Positions 1-7,262 of a DNA stretch of 17,284 bases are shown here, piece after piece. The stretch lies in assembly GCA_049967655.1 (NCBI GenBank), contig JBMFSH010000046.1, positions 1-17,284 of the forward strand, written 5' to 3'. The translations under genes were made by a program, and so were the position numbers. The DNA comes from Acidobacteriota bacterium. Its GTDB lineage: Bacteria > Acidobacteriota > UBA4820 > DSQY01. A model generated the notes under the pieces. It was given only the letters and a program-made list of their open reading frames with translations. It did no database searches and was not told the origin of the DNA. Within the stretch, counting starts at the first letter, position 1, and each line of letters opens with the position of its first letter.

Positions 1-102
1 GGTGCGGGGGGGGGGCGATTGGGCACGCGGCCCCACTCCCGTCGCCAGCAGAAACACAATAAGACCGACGAATGCCACAACCGGATAACACGCTCTTCTC
101 AT
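1..102 (-). CDS. 5' end of a probable secreted protein (partial, runs off the window)
   Basis: Manual translation MRRACYPVVAFVGLIVFLLATGVGPRAQSPPPRT: basic N-terminus, hydrophobic core, possible cleavage PRA|QS. SD GGAGGGGGAG directly upstream, preceded by a sigma70-like promoter. Confidence 0.7.
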   Translation of the reverse strand, partial: MRRACYPVVAFVGLIVFLLATGVGPRAQSPPPRT

Positions 103-139
103 GACTCCCCCTCCTGGACGATGGTAACGGAACGATGGT

Positions 140-168
140 AGCGTAGCTAGGCAGGGGAGGATTGTCAA
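140..168 (-). promoter_or_regulatory. sigma70-type promoter for the partial gene at 1..102
   Basis: TTGACA (168-163), 17-nt spacer, TACGCT (145-140). Confidence 0.65.
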
Positions 169-303
169 CGGAAAAGCGCGGTAGGTGAGGAAAAGACCTG
201 GAGTGCGGATGCTCGCCGGGAACAGAGACGGGTGCGTTCGAATCGTCTCCTGGCCGGTCGGCTCTTCCGTGAGGAGATCAATCCGGGAGTTCTGTCCCCC
301 CCC

Positions 304-1137
304 TCAATGGGCCATCACCCCTTTCTTGCCGAGGCGGGAGGCGACGAAATCGATACCGAAGCCCGCCAGGAGCGCCACGAGCACCGAGAGGAGGCCGTAG
401 AGCGAACCGCGCTCGCGGGCGAGCTTGGCCATCCAGGCCGGGAAGCCCACCTCCTCGAGGACCAGTTGGGACGAGGTAGTAGCCTCGACGCCGCCCCCGC
501 GGCAGGCGACCACCTCGACCGTGTAGCTCCCCGGCGGCGCCTTCCTGGGCCAGTGGAACTCCAGCGAGTAGGGCACGCCGGCGGGACCGGCTGGGCCGAG
601 CTTCACCGGACCGGCCTCCTCCTGGTAGACGTTCTGGTTCTTCTTCATGGCGATGAAGTTAGCCCGGATGACCGGCTGGTCGAACCCCTCGGGGGAGACC
701 CGCATCCCTTCGCGGATGGCGGCCTCGTCGAGCTGGAGCTCGTCCAAGACCCCTCGGGCGAGAAGATCCCGGGCGGGGCGCGTGCTGAAGGAGAGGAAGA
801 GGGAGGGCGCGCCGGCGATGTGGACCTTGCCCCTGTTGATCCAGATGGGGCCCACGCGGGCCTTTCGATTGAGCTCCTCCTCGGCCTTCGGCCCCTTGAC
901 GGTCACCAGGAGCTCGGCGCCGGCCGGAGCGATGCCGGTGACGCGCACCTGGGCGCCGCTGTAGAAGGTCTCCAGCAGGATCCGCGAGGGGGAGAGGACG
1001 AGGGTGAGCGCCTGCGTGGCCTGGGCTTGGGCGGCCTGGGCTTGAGAGCGCTGGTCGGCACCCTGGCCCCGCATGGGCGCCGCGGACCAGGCGAGGGAGA
1101 GGAGGAAGATCCCCGACAAAGCTAGCGCGCGCTTCAT
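304..1137 (-). CDS. TIGR02186-like (Alph_Pro_TM) protein with signal peptide and C-terminal TM helix, 277 aa
   Basis: True start MKRALALSGIFLLSLAWSAA lies 2 nt after the tauE stop. Motifs FYSGAQV, RKARVGPIWIN, APSLF, APPGSYTV, VGFPAW and C-terminal TM LYGLLSVLVALLAGFGIDFV. This family typically follows TauE genes. Confidence 0.8.
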   Translation of the reverse strand: MKRALALSGIFLLSLAWSAAPMRGQGADQRSQAQAAQAQATQALTLVLSPSRILLETFYSGAQVRVTGIAPAGAELLVTVKGPKAEEELNRKARVGPIWINRGKVHIAGAPSLFLSFSTRPARDLLARGVLDELQLDEAAIREGMRVSPEGFDQPVIRANFIAMKKNQNVYQEEAGPVKLGPAGPAGVPYSLEFHWPRKAPPGSYTVEVVACRGGGVEATTSSQLVLEEVGFPAWMAKLARERGSLYGLLSVLVALLAGFGIDFVASRLGKKGVMAH

Positions 1138-1139
1138 GG

Positions 1140-2054
1140 TCAGTGCCCTTTCGCGTAGGAGAGCAGGCTGGAAGGGGGCAACACGAGCCCGATGGCCATC
1201 TTCACCATCACTAGAAGGACGATCGTGGCCAGCAGGATCTTGAGCTGGTCGCCCCTCAGGAGCTTGCCCACCCGGGCGCCGGCCTGTGCGCCGATGCTGG
1301 AGCCCACGGCCAGAAGGAGCGCCAGGACCAGGTCCACGGTGTGGTTGGTGTTGGCCTGCATGAAGGTGACGCCGGCGCAGGTGAAGAGGATCTGGAAGAG
1401 GTCCGTCCCCACCGCCACGTGCATGGGCATTCGGAGGAGGTAGACCATCATGGGCACCATGATGAAGCCGCCGCCCACGCCCATGATCGCGGCCAGGATC
1501 CCCACGAAGGCGCACAACAGGAAGGGAACGAAGATGGAGTGCTGGACCCCGGAGCGCGGAAAGTTCATCTGCATGGGCAGGCGGCCGAGGAAGCTTTGGC
1601 TGGCTCCTGGCTTGTGGGGCTTGTGGGCCAGCGCTCCCTGCCTGAGGCTCTGGAGGCTCTCCACGAACATGTAGCCCCCGACGGCGCCGAGCACCACCAC
1701 GTAGGTCAGCGTGATGACCAGGTCGGCGTTGCCCATGGCCCTGAGGGCCTTGATGATCCGAACGCCGACGGCGGCCCCCGCCAGTCCTCCTACGAGAAGG
1801 ATGCTGCCCAGCTTCACGTCCACGTTGCCCATCCGGAAGTGGGCCATTGCCCCCGAAGAGCTCGCCGCCACGATCTGACAGGAGTCCGAGGCGGCCGCCA
1901 CGGTGGGCGGGATGCCGATCATCATCAGGATGGGGGTGAGGAGAAACCCTCCGCCCACCCCGAACATCCCCGACAAGAAACCCACCAGGGCCCCGACCCC
2001 CACGAGGAGGAAGAGATTGATCGAAACCCCCGCCACAGGAAGAAAGATGGACAT
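1140..2054 (-). CDS. TauE/SafE family sulfite exporter (TSUP membrane protein), 304 aa
   Basis: Two repeats of the TSUP signature (GFLSGMFGVGGGFLLTP; GILAAIMGVGGGFIMVP), AVGTDLFQI, multiple TM segments. Confidence 0.92.
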   Translation of the reverse strand: MSIFLPVAGVSINLFLLVGVGALVGFLSGMFGVGGGFLLTPILMMIGIPPTVAAASDSCQIVAASSSGAMAHFRMGNVDVKLGSILLVGGLAGAAVGVRIIKALRAMGNADLVITLTYVVVLGAVGGYMFVESLQSLRQGALAHKPHKPGASQSFLGRLPMQMNFPRSGVQHSIFVPFLLCAFVGILAAIMGVGGGFIMVPMMVYLLRMPMHVAVGTDLFQILFTCAGVTFMQANTNHTVDLVLALLLAVGSSIGAQAGARVGKLLRGDQLKILLATIVLLVMVKMAIGLVLPPSSLLSYAKGH

Positions 2055-2126
2055 GCCCCCCCCGAGACACTCTCAAACCGGCCGTCCGGTGGCGGCCACC
2101 CGTCCGCGCGTCTTAGCGCGCCCCCC

Positions 2127-2936
2127 TCAGACGTCTAGGACCTGCACCAGGTCCGACATCTCCACCTGTTCCACCCCGGGCACCTTCCAGGCCACCTCGC
2201 GGATTTGCTCGAACTGCTCCTGGCCGCGCAGCTTGCCCCGGATGGTCACCACGCCGCCGTGCGCGGAGACGTCCAGCTCTAGGTCCAAGGTCGCCGCGTT
2301 GCAGACGAGGTTGGCCCTCACCTTGCTCGCCAGCGCGAGGTCCTCCATGGCCGCCAGGGACTCGGGCGTCTCTTGGAAGCACTTGAGGTTGGCCATGGTG
2401 GAAATGGTCTCGCAGGCCTCCTGGATGTCCATGTATTCGAGATTCAGCACCACGTCGTAGAGGGTGGGGTCGCCCCAGTTGACCCCGTACAGGTAGTGGG
2501 TCCACTTCGCCCTGTCTTGGTCCATGCGCGCCGTGTAGGCCATCGCCTCCGCGCGGTCGAGCTTGAGGCGGTCCTGGATCATGGCGAGGCGGAATTCCAC
2601 GGGCGCAATGATCCTGGCCCGCAGGACGTGGCTCACGCCCCTCAGGAGCAGGTGGCCGGCGTGGCCGTGATAGACGGCCTTGCCCCCCCGCACCTCCTCC
2701 GTGAGGGCCGCCTGGATCAGCGTGAGGTAGACGTACTTCCTGTGCTTGAAGCGGTCCCAGAAGGAGGGCGGCTTCTCCATGGCGTCGCGGAGCTCCTCCT
2801 GCGAGGCCCCGTAGGCCGCCGCCCGCTCCACGATCACGTCCCGGTCGATGCAGCGGTAGCCCAGCTTGTTGGCGAGACACTCCGCCAGGATCTTGCCGCC
2901 GGTGAATGAGCCACGGGATATGGTGATGACGGCCAT
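2127..2936 (-). CDS. cytidylate kinase-like family protein (Cytidylate_kin2) with C-terminal BON-like domain, 269 aa
   Basis: Start MAVITISRGSFTGGKILAECLANKLGY; GHAGHLLL, RARIIAP, YLYGVNWGDPTLYDVVLN. C-terminal DLALASKVRANL...LDVSAHGGVVTIRG...VPGVEQVE is BON-like. ATG at 2936 is preferred because the ORF-track TTG start at 3020 coincides with the -35 box. Confidence 0.85.
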   Translation of the reverse strand: MAVITISRGSFTGGKILAECLANKLGYRCIDRDVIVERAAAYGASQEELRDAMEKPPSFWDRFKHRKYVYLTLIQAALTEEVRGGKAVYHGHAGHLLLRGVSHVLRARIIAPVEFRLAMIQDRLKLDRAEAMAYTARMDQDRAKWTHYLYGVNWGDPTLYDVVLNLEYMDIQEACETISTMANLKCFQETPESLAAMEDLALASKVRANLVCNAATLDLELDVSAHGGVVTIRGKLRGQEQFEQIREVAWKVPGVEQVEMSDLVQVLDV

Positions 2937-2990
2937 CTTCCCCCCCCAACGCGCCGTTTTTGTAAGCGCTTCCCCCCGCCTTCCATCCAA

Positions 2991-3020
2991 AGTATAGGGA
3001 GGCCCAAAGCGCCAAGTCAA
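2991..3020 (-). promoter_or_regulatory. sigma70-type promoter for the cytidylate-kinase-like/tauE operon
   Basis: TTGACT (3020-3015), 18-nt spacer, TATACT (2996-2991). Confidence 0.7.
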
Positions 3021-3049
3021 CCAAAACGCCGGGGCGCCAGGCCGCTGCG

Positions 3050-3078
3050 TTGATTTCCCCCTCCCGGCGTGTTAGACA
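3050..3078 (+). promoter_or_regulatory. possible divergent promoter for cobA fusion
   Basis: TTGATT, 17-nt spacer ending TGt, TAGACA. The -10 lacks the conserved final T, so the match is weak. Confidence 0.35.
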
Positions 3079-3126
3079 AGTTCTCCCTCGCCAGCCAGGG
3101 CGGGGGCGCGAAGGGAAGGGACGGCC

Positions 3127-4827
3127 ATGGCGGGAGGGAAGGTCTATCTGGTGGGGGCCGGGCCCGGCCACCCGGAGCTGCTCACGCTGAAGGCCGCGGA
3201 GCTCCTCCGGACGGCCGACGTGGTGGTGTACGATCGGCTCATCCAGGAGGAGGTCCTCGCGCTCGCCAAACCCTCCGCCGAACGGCTCTACATGGGCAAG
3301 CCACTGGGCAAGCACGACTCCCGCCAGGAGGAGATCCACGAGCTGCTCGTGCGGAAGGCCCGGGAGGGCAAGATGGTGGTCCGCCTCAAGGGTGGAGACC
3401 CCTTCGTGTTCGGCCGCGGAGGGGAAGAGGCGGAGTACCTGGCGGACCACGGCGTCCCCTTCGAGGTGATCCCCGGCGTCTCCTCGGCCCTGGCCGCCCC
3501 GCTGAGCGCTGGCATCGCCGTCACCCACCGGGACGCCGCCTCGTGCGTGGCCATCGTAACGGGGCACGAGGCCAAGGAGGAGGAGAGCCGCCTCGACTGG
3601 GCGGCCCTCAGCAAGCTGGAGACGCTGGTCTTTCTGATGGGGGTCCACAACGTGGGCCGGATCGCGAAGCGGCTCACGGATCACGGGCGCTCCCCCAATA
3701 CCCCCGTCGCCATGATCCAGATGGCCTTCTGGCACGACGAGCACGTGGTGGTGGGAACCCTGGCGACCATCGCCTCCGAAGTGGAGCGCAGCGGCATCCG
3801 CCCGCCCGCCACCCTCGTGGTGGGCGAGGTGGTTCGGCTCCACGAAAAGCTCAAGCACGCCAGCCGCGATCTGAAGCGCCGGGCCGATGGCAGTTCGCGC
3901 TTCGAGCCTGCCCCGGCCCCCGACCAGTTGCTCCGCCTCTCCACCGCGGGCCTGGGCAGCCAGGTTCTCGGCTTCGCCCTGGAGACCGGCCTGTTCGACC
4001 TCCTGGAGAGCCCGCGCAGCGCTGAAGAAGCGGCGCGGTCTCTCGGCCTGAACGCTTCAGCCACGAAGGAGATCCTGGACGTGCTCGTGGCCCTGGGGGT
4101 GCTCGAAGCGCTGGAGGGAGGGTACCGGAACCTCGAACTGGCCACCCGCTACCTGAGGGCCGATTCGGCCCAGAGCCTTCGCCCGGCCCTTCTCCTTCAG
4201 ACCAGCCAGTCGTCCAATTGGGAGACCCTCGCGCGATACGCCCGTGACGGCCGGCGCGACTTCGTCCCGAGCAGCGATGACCGCGCCCACTCGGAATCCT
4301 GCGAGGCGCTGGCGACCTTCGCCGCCCCCGCCGTGGCCGAGCGGCTGTCCTTGGGCGGCCGCGGCCCGGTGCTGGTGCTCGGATGGGGCTCGGAGGCCTA
4401 CCGCGCCGCGCTGTCCGCCCGCTGGCCCGGGATCGAGGTGGTGGCGCGCAATCCCTTCGAGGGGCCGGACCAGGCCCTCAAGTTCTTGAGCCCCGTGCCC
4501 CAAGGCAGCGGCCCCTTCGGCGCCGCCATCCTTTCGGGCCTGCTCGCCTCCTGCGACCGCGGACAGGTCCAGAAGCTCCTGGAACACGCGGCGAAGGCCC
4601 TCCGGCCCGGGGGCCTGCTCGTCCTCCACGACGCCTTTCTCCCCGTGAGCGTGCTGCCTCCGCCCGAGGTGGTGCTGGGGGCTCTCGGCCGGCACATCAC
4701 CCGAGGCGGCTGTCGGACCTGGTCCATCGACCGGCTCCAGGAGGCCCTCGACGCCCTGGGCTTCGGTGCCCTCGCGAGCGCGGCCCTGCCCGCCGGAACG
4801 GTGCTGGTCACGGCCGAGAAGGGGTAG
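3127..4827 (+). CDS. cobA: uroporphyrinogen-III C-methyltransferase (SUMT) fused to an O-methyltransferase-like dimerisation + Rossmann region, 566 aa
   Basis: N-terminal ~240 aa: VYLVGAGPG, VVYDRL, VVRLKGGDPFVFGRGGEE, VIPGVSS, VTHR, VTGH, LVFLMG. C-terminal ~300 aa: GLFDLL...SAEEAARSLGL...LDVLVALGVL...YRN and ALRPGGLLVLHD. SD GGGAAGGG upstream. Confidence 0.9.
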   Translation: MAGGKVYLVGAGPGHPELLTLKAAELLRTADVVVYDRLIQEEVLALAKPSAERLYMGKPLGKHDSRQEEIHELLVRKAREGKMVVRLKGGDPFVFGRGGEEAEYLADHGVPFEVIPGVSSALAAPLSAGIAVTHRDAASCVAIVTGHEAKEEESRLDWAALSKLETLVFLMGVHNVGRIAKRLTDHGRSPNTPVAMIQMAFWHDEHVVVGTLATIASEVERSGIRPPATLVVGEVVRLHEKLKHASRDLKRRADGSSRFEPAPAPDQLLRLSTAGLGSQVLGFALETGLFDLLESPRSAEEAARSLGLNASATKEILDVLVALGVLEALEGGYRNLELATRYLRADSAQSLRPALLLQTSQSSNWETLARYARDGRRDFVPSSDDRAHSESCEALATFAAPAVAERLSLGGRGPVLVLGWGSEAYRAALSARWPGIEVVARNPFEGPDQALKFLSPVPQGSGPFGAAILSGLLASCDRGQVQKLLEHAAKALRPGGLLVLHDAFLPVSVLPPPEVVLGALGRHITRGGCRTWSIDRLQEALDALGFGALASAALPAGTVLVTAEKG

Positions 4828-4849
4828 CGCGAAAAGCGGAGGCAGACCA

Positions 4850-4875
4850 ACCACAGAGACACGGAGGCACAGAGG
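4850..4875 (+). repeat. 26-bp octamer-repeat element, copy 1 (ACCACAGAGACACGGAGGCACAGAGG)
   Basis: 24/26 identical to 10284..10309; internal 8-nt period. Confidence 0.8.
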
Positions 4876-5009
4876 ATGGGAATGTGGGACTACCGGCGGA
4901 TTTCGCCGCTACCCATCAGCAAGCTAGATGGTCCGCACCTATCGGTCCGGAGCAAGGCACCTCTTTGGCCGCTCAAGCCTCCATTGACCGGGCCTGAGGG
5001 GTGCATCCC

Positions 5010-5078
5010 ATGACGGTTCTTCTGGCCCTTGCCTTGTTCTGCCCCTCACTCCTCACTCCCCACTCCTCCCTGCCATGA
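5010..5078 (+). CDS. putative 22-aa leader ORF MTVLLALALFCPSLLTPHSSLP overlapping the sirC start (ATGA)
   Basis: SD-like GAGGGG at 4996-5001, 8 nt before ATG 5010. TGA 5076-5078 overlaps sirC ATG 5075-5077. sirC has no SD of its own. Confidence 0.45.
   Translation: MTVLLALALFCPSLLTPHSSLP
5044..5067. repeat. heptamer tandem repeat (CCTCACT/CCCCACT x~3.5)
   Basis: cctcact cctcact ccccact cct, directly visible. Confidence 0.7.
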
Positions 5079-5719
5079 GCTACCTCGTCAACCTCTCGAT
5101 TCAAGGGAAGAGGGCCGTGGTCGTAGGCGCCGGCGCCGTGGCGCTGCGCAAGGCGCAGGGGCTCCTGGAGGCGGGGGCGCGCGTCACGGTGGTGGCGCCG
5201 GAGGCCTGCGACGGCCTGCTCGCCCTGGCCGCCGAGGGCCGCCTCGAACTGCGCCTGAAACCCTACGATGCCGGAGAGCTGAAAGGGGCTGCCCTCGTCC
5301 TCGCCGCCACCGACAACGAGGCGGTCAACGCCAGCGTCTCGGCCGACTGCTCCCGCCTCGGCCTGCTCGTCAACGTGTCCGACCGCCCCGCCCTCTGCAC
5401 CTTCACGCTCCCCGCCGTGGTCCGCCGCGGCGATCTCACCCTCGCCGTCACCACCGAGGGGCGTTGCCCCGCCTTCGCCAGGGCCCTTCGCGAGGAGCTG
5501 GAGGGGCGGTACGGCGAGGCTTACGGGGAGGCGCTCGACCTCATGGGGCGCTTGAGGGACGCCATGCTCTCCGAGGGGTGGGAGAGCGCCCGCATCCAGA
5601 AGGCCCTCGCGGGGCTCTACGCGGATGGAATCGTGGCAGTCATCCGGTCCCGGGATACCGAAGCTCTCGCCGCCTTTCTCCGCCACCGTCTCGGTCCCGA
5701 TTTTCCTCTGCCTTCGTAA
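5075..5719 (+). CDS. precorrin-2 dehydrogenase / sirohydrochlorin ferrochelatase (SirC/Met8/CysG N-terminal family), 214 aa
   Basis: NAD-binding VVVGAGAVALRKA, VTVVAP, LAATDNEAVN, LVNVSDRPALCTFTLPAVVRRGDLTLAVTTEG. Confidence 0.9.
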   Translation: MSYLVNLSIQGKRAVVVGAGAVALRKAQGLLEAGARVTVVAPEACDGLLALAAEGRLELRLKPYDAGELKGAALVLAATDNEAVNASVSADCSRLGLLVNVSDRPALCTFTLPAVVRRGDLTLAVTTEGRCPAFARALREELEGRYGEAYGEALDLMGRLRDAMLSEGWESARIQKALAGLYADGIVAVIRSRDTEALAAFLRHRLGPDFPLPS

Positions 5720-5740
5720 ATTCTTCCCATGATCGAATGA

Positions 5741-5764
5741 AGGGCGGGCCATGCGGCCCGCCCT
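5741..5764. terminator. hairpin between convergent sirC and gcvPB, probable terminator
   Basis: Perfect 10-bp stem AGGGCGGGCC-atgc-GGCCCGCCCT; weak U-tail on the minus strand. Confidence 0.6.
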
Positions 5765-5792
5765 GGGTTGAACGGTTGGCGGGGAGTGAGCT

Positions 5793-7262
5793 TTACCCTT
5801 TCGCGCTCTCGGGCTTGTAGGTCAGCCTGGGGTTCCTCGCGGCGGCGACTTCGTCGAGGCGGCGGCGGTAGGCGGTGTGGGGGGCCGACTTGACGAGGTC
5901 GGGCCGCTCCCTGGCCTCTTGCAGAATGGCGCGGACGGCCTCGACAAAGCGGTCCAGCTCCTCCACGGGCTCCGTCTCCGTGGGCTCGATCATGAGGGCC
6001 CCGTGGACGATGAGGGGGAAATAGACCGTCGGGGGATGAAAGCCGTAGTCGATGAGGCGCTTGGCCAGATCCAGCGTGGTCACGCCGTTGGGCAGCTCCT
6101 TGTCGCAGAAGACCACCTCGTGGAGCGTGGGGCCGTCGAAGCCTAGCTTCAGGAGGGGCAGGAGCTGGGCGCGGAGGTAGTTGGCGTTGAGCACGGCCAG
6201 CTCGGAGGCGCGCTTCAGCCCTTCGCCGCCCAGGGTCTCGATGTAGGCGAGGGCCCGCACGAGGACGAGGAAGTTCCCGTAGAAGGCCTGCACCTTGCCG
6301 ATGCTCTTGGGCCTCTCGTGGTCCCAGGCGTAGCGGCCCTCCCGCTGCACGAGGACGGGCTTGGGCAGGAAGGGTTCGAGGTGCGCCTTGCAGACCACCG
6401 GTCCAGCCCCTGGGCCGCCGCCGCCGTGCGGGGTGGAGAAGGTTTTGTGGAGGTTGATGTGCATCACGTCTGCGCCCCAGTCGCCGGGGCGGGTGATCCC
6501 CATCAGCGCGTTCAGGTTGGCGCCGTCCACGTAGACCAGCGAGCCGTTGGCGTGCAGGAGCCGGCAGATCTCGGCGATGTTCTTTTCGAAGATGCCCAGC
6601 GTATTGGGCACCGTGAGCATGATGCCGGCCACGTCTGGGCGCATCCGGGCTTTGAGGGCATCGAGGTCCACGCAGCCGTCGGCGCCGCTCTTGATCTCCT
6701 CCACCTCGTAGCCGGCGAAGTGGGCGCTGGCGGGGTTGGTGCCGTGGGCCGAGTCGGGGATGAGCATGATCCGGCGGGCGTCACCCCTGTCCTCCAGGCA
6801 GGCGCGGATGAGCTGGATGCCCGTGAATTCGCCCTGGGCGCCAGCAGCGGGCTGAAGGGTGCAGGCGTCCATGCCCGAGACGGCGCAGAGGTGGCGCTGA
6901 AGCACGGCCACCAGCTCCAGGGCGCCCTGGGTCATGGACTCGGGCTGCATGGGATGAAGGCGCGCGAAGCCTTCGAGCCGGGCTACCTCCTCGTTGATTT
7001 TGGGGTTGTACTTCATGGTGCAGGAACCGAGGGGGTAGAGGCCCATGTCCACGGCGTAGTTGGTGGTGGAGAGGCGCGTGAAGTGCCGGACCACGTCCAC
7101 CTCGCTCAGTTCGGGCAGGAGCGCCGGAGCTTCGCGCCGGGCCAGCGGACCCAGCAGGGAGGCGGGATCGGCCGCAGGGACGTCGCATGCGGGCAGGGAG
7201 GCGCCGATGCGCCCCGGGTGGTCCTTCTCGAAGATCAGCTTCTCCTCGATGGCGTGGCTCAT
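5793..7262 (-). CDS. gcvPB: glycine dehydrogenase (decarboxylating) subunit 2, 489 aa
   Basis: YPLGSCTMKYNPK, QPAAGAQGE, SAHGTNPASA, PLP-lysine motif HINLHKTFSTPHGGGGPG, MIEPTETE. ATGA overlap with gcvPA. Confidence 0.97.
   Translation of the reverse strand: MSHAIEEKLIFEKDHPGRIGASLPACDVPAADPASLLGPLARREAPALLPELSEVDVVRHFTRLSTTNYAVDMGLYPLGSCTMKYNPKINEEVARLEGFARLHPMQPESMTQGALELVAVLQRHLCAVSGMDACTLQPAAGAQGEFTGIQLIRACLEDRGDARRIMLIPDSAHGTNPASAHFAGYEVEEIKSGADGCVDLDALKARMRPDVAGIMLTVPNTLGIFEKNIAEICRLLHANGSLVYVDGANLNALMGITRPGDWGADVMHINLHKTFSTPHGGGGPGAGPVVCKAHLEPFLPKPVLVQREGRYAWDHERPKSIGKVQAFYGNFLVLVRALAYIETLGGEGLKRASELAVLNANYLRAQLLPLLKLGFDGPTLHEVVFCDKELPNGVTTLDLAKRLIDYGFHPPTVYFPLIVHGALMIEPTETEPVEELDRFVEAVRAILQEARERPDLVKSAPHTAYRRRLDEVAAARNPRLTYKPESAKG

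Noticed and set aside
169..295. Possible ncRNA or terminator after the TIGR02186-like gene
   Set aside because: Only a short GAGACG/CGTCTC stem with a large loop; no U-tract or recognisable family.
304..2076. 590-aa ORF suggesting a long fusion
   Set aside because: The N-terminal 313 aa is an alternative frame over tauE with R/G/P-rich composition; the real protein starts at ATG 1137 with a signal peptide.
4828..5074. Cobalamin or SAM riboswitch upstream of sirC
   Set aside because: No B12-box or SAM-I core recognisable by eye; an Rfam cmscan would be decisive.
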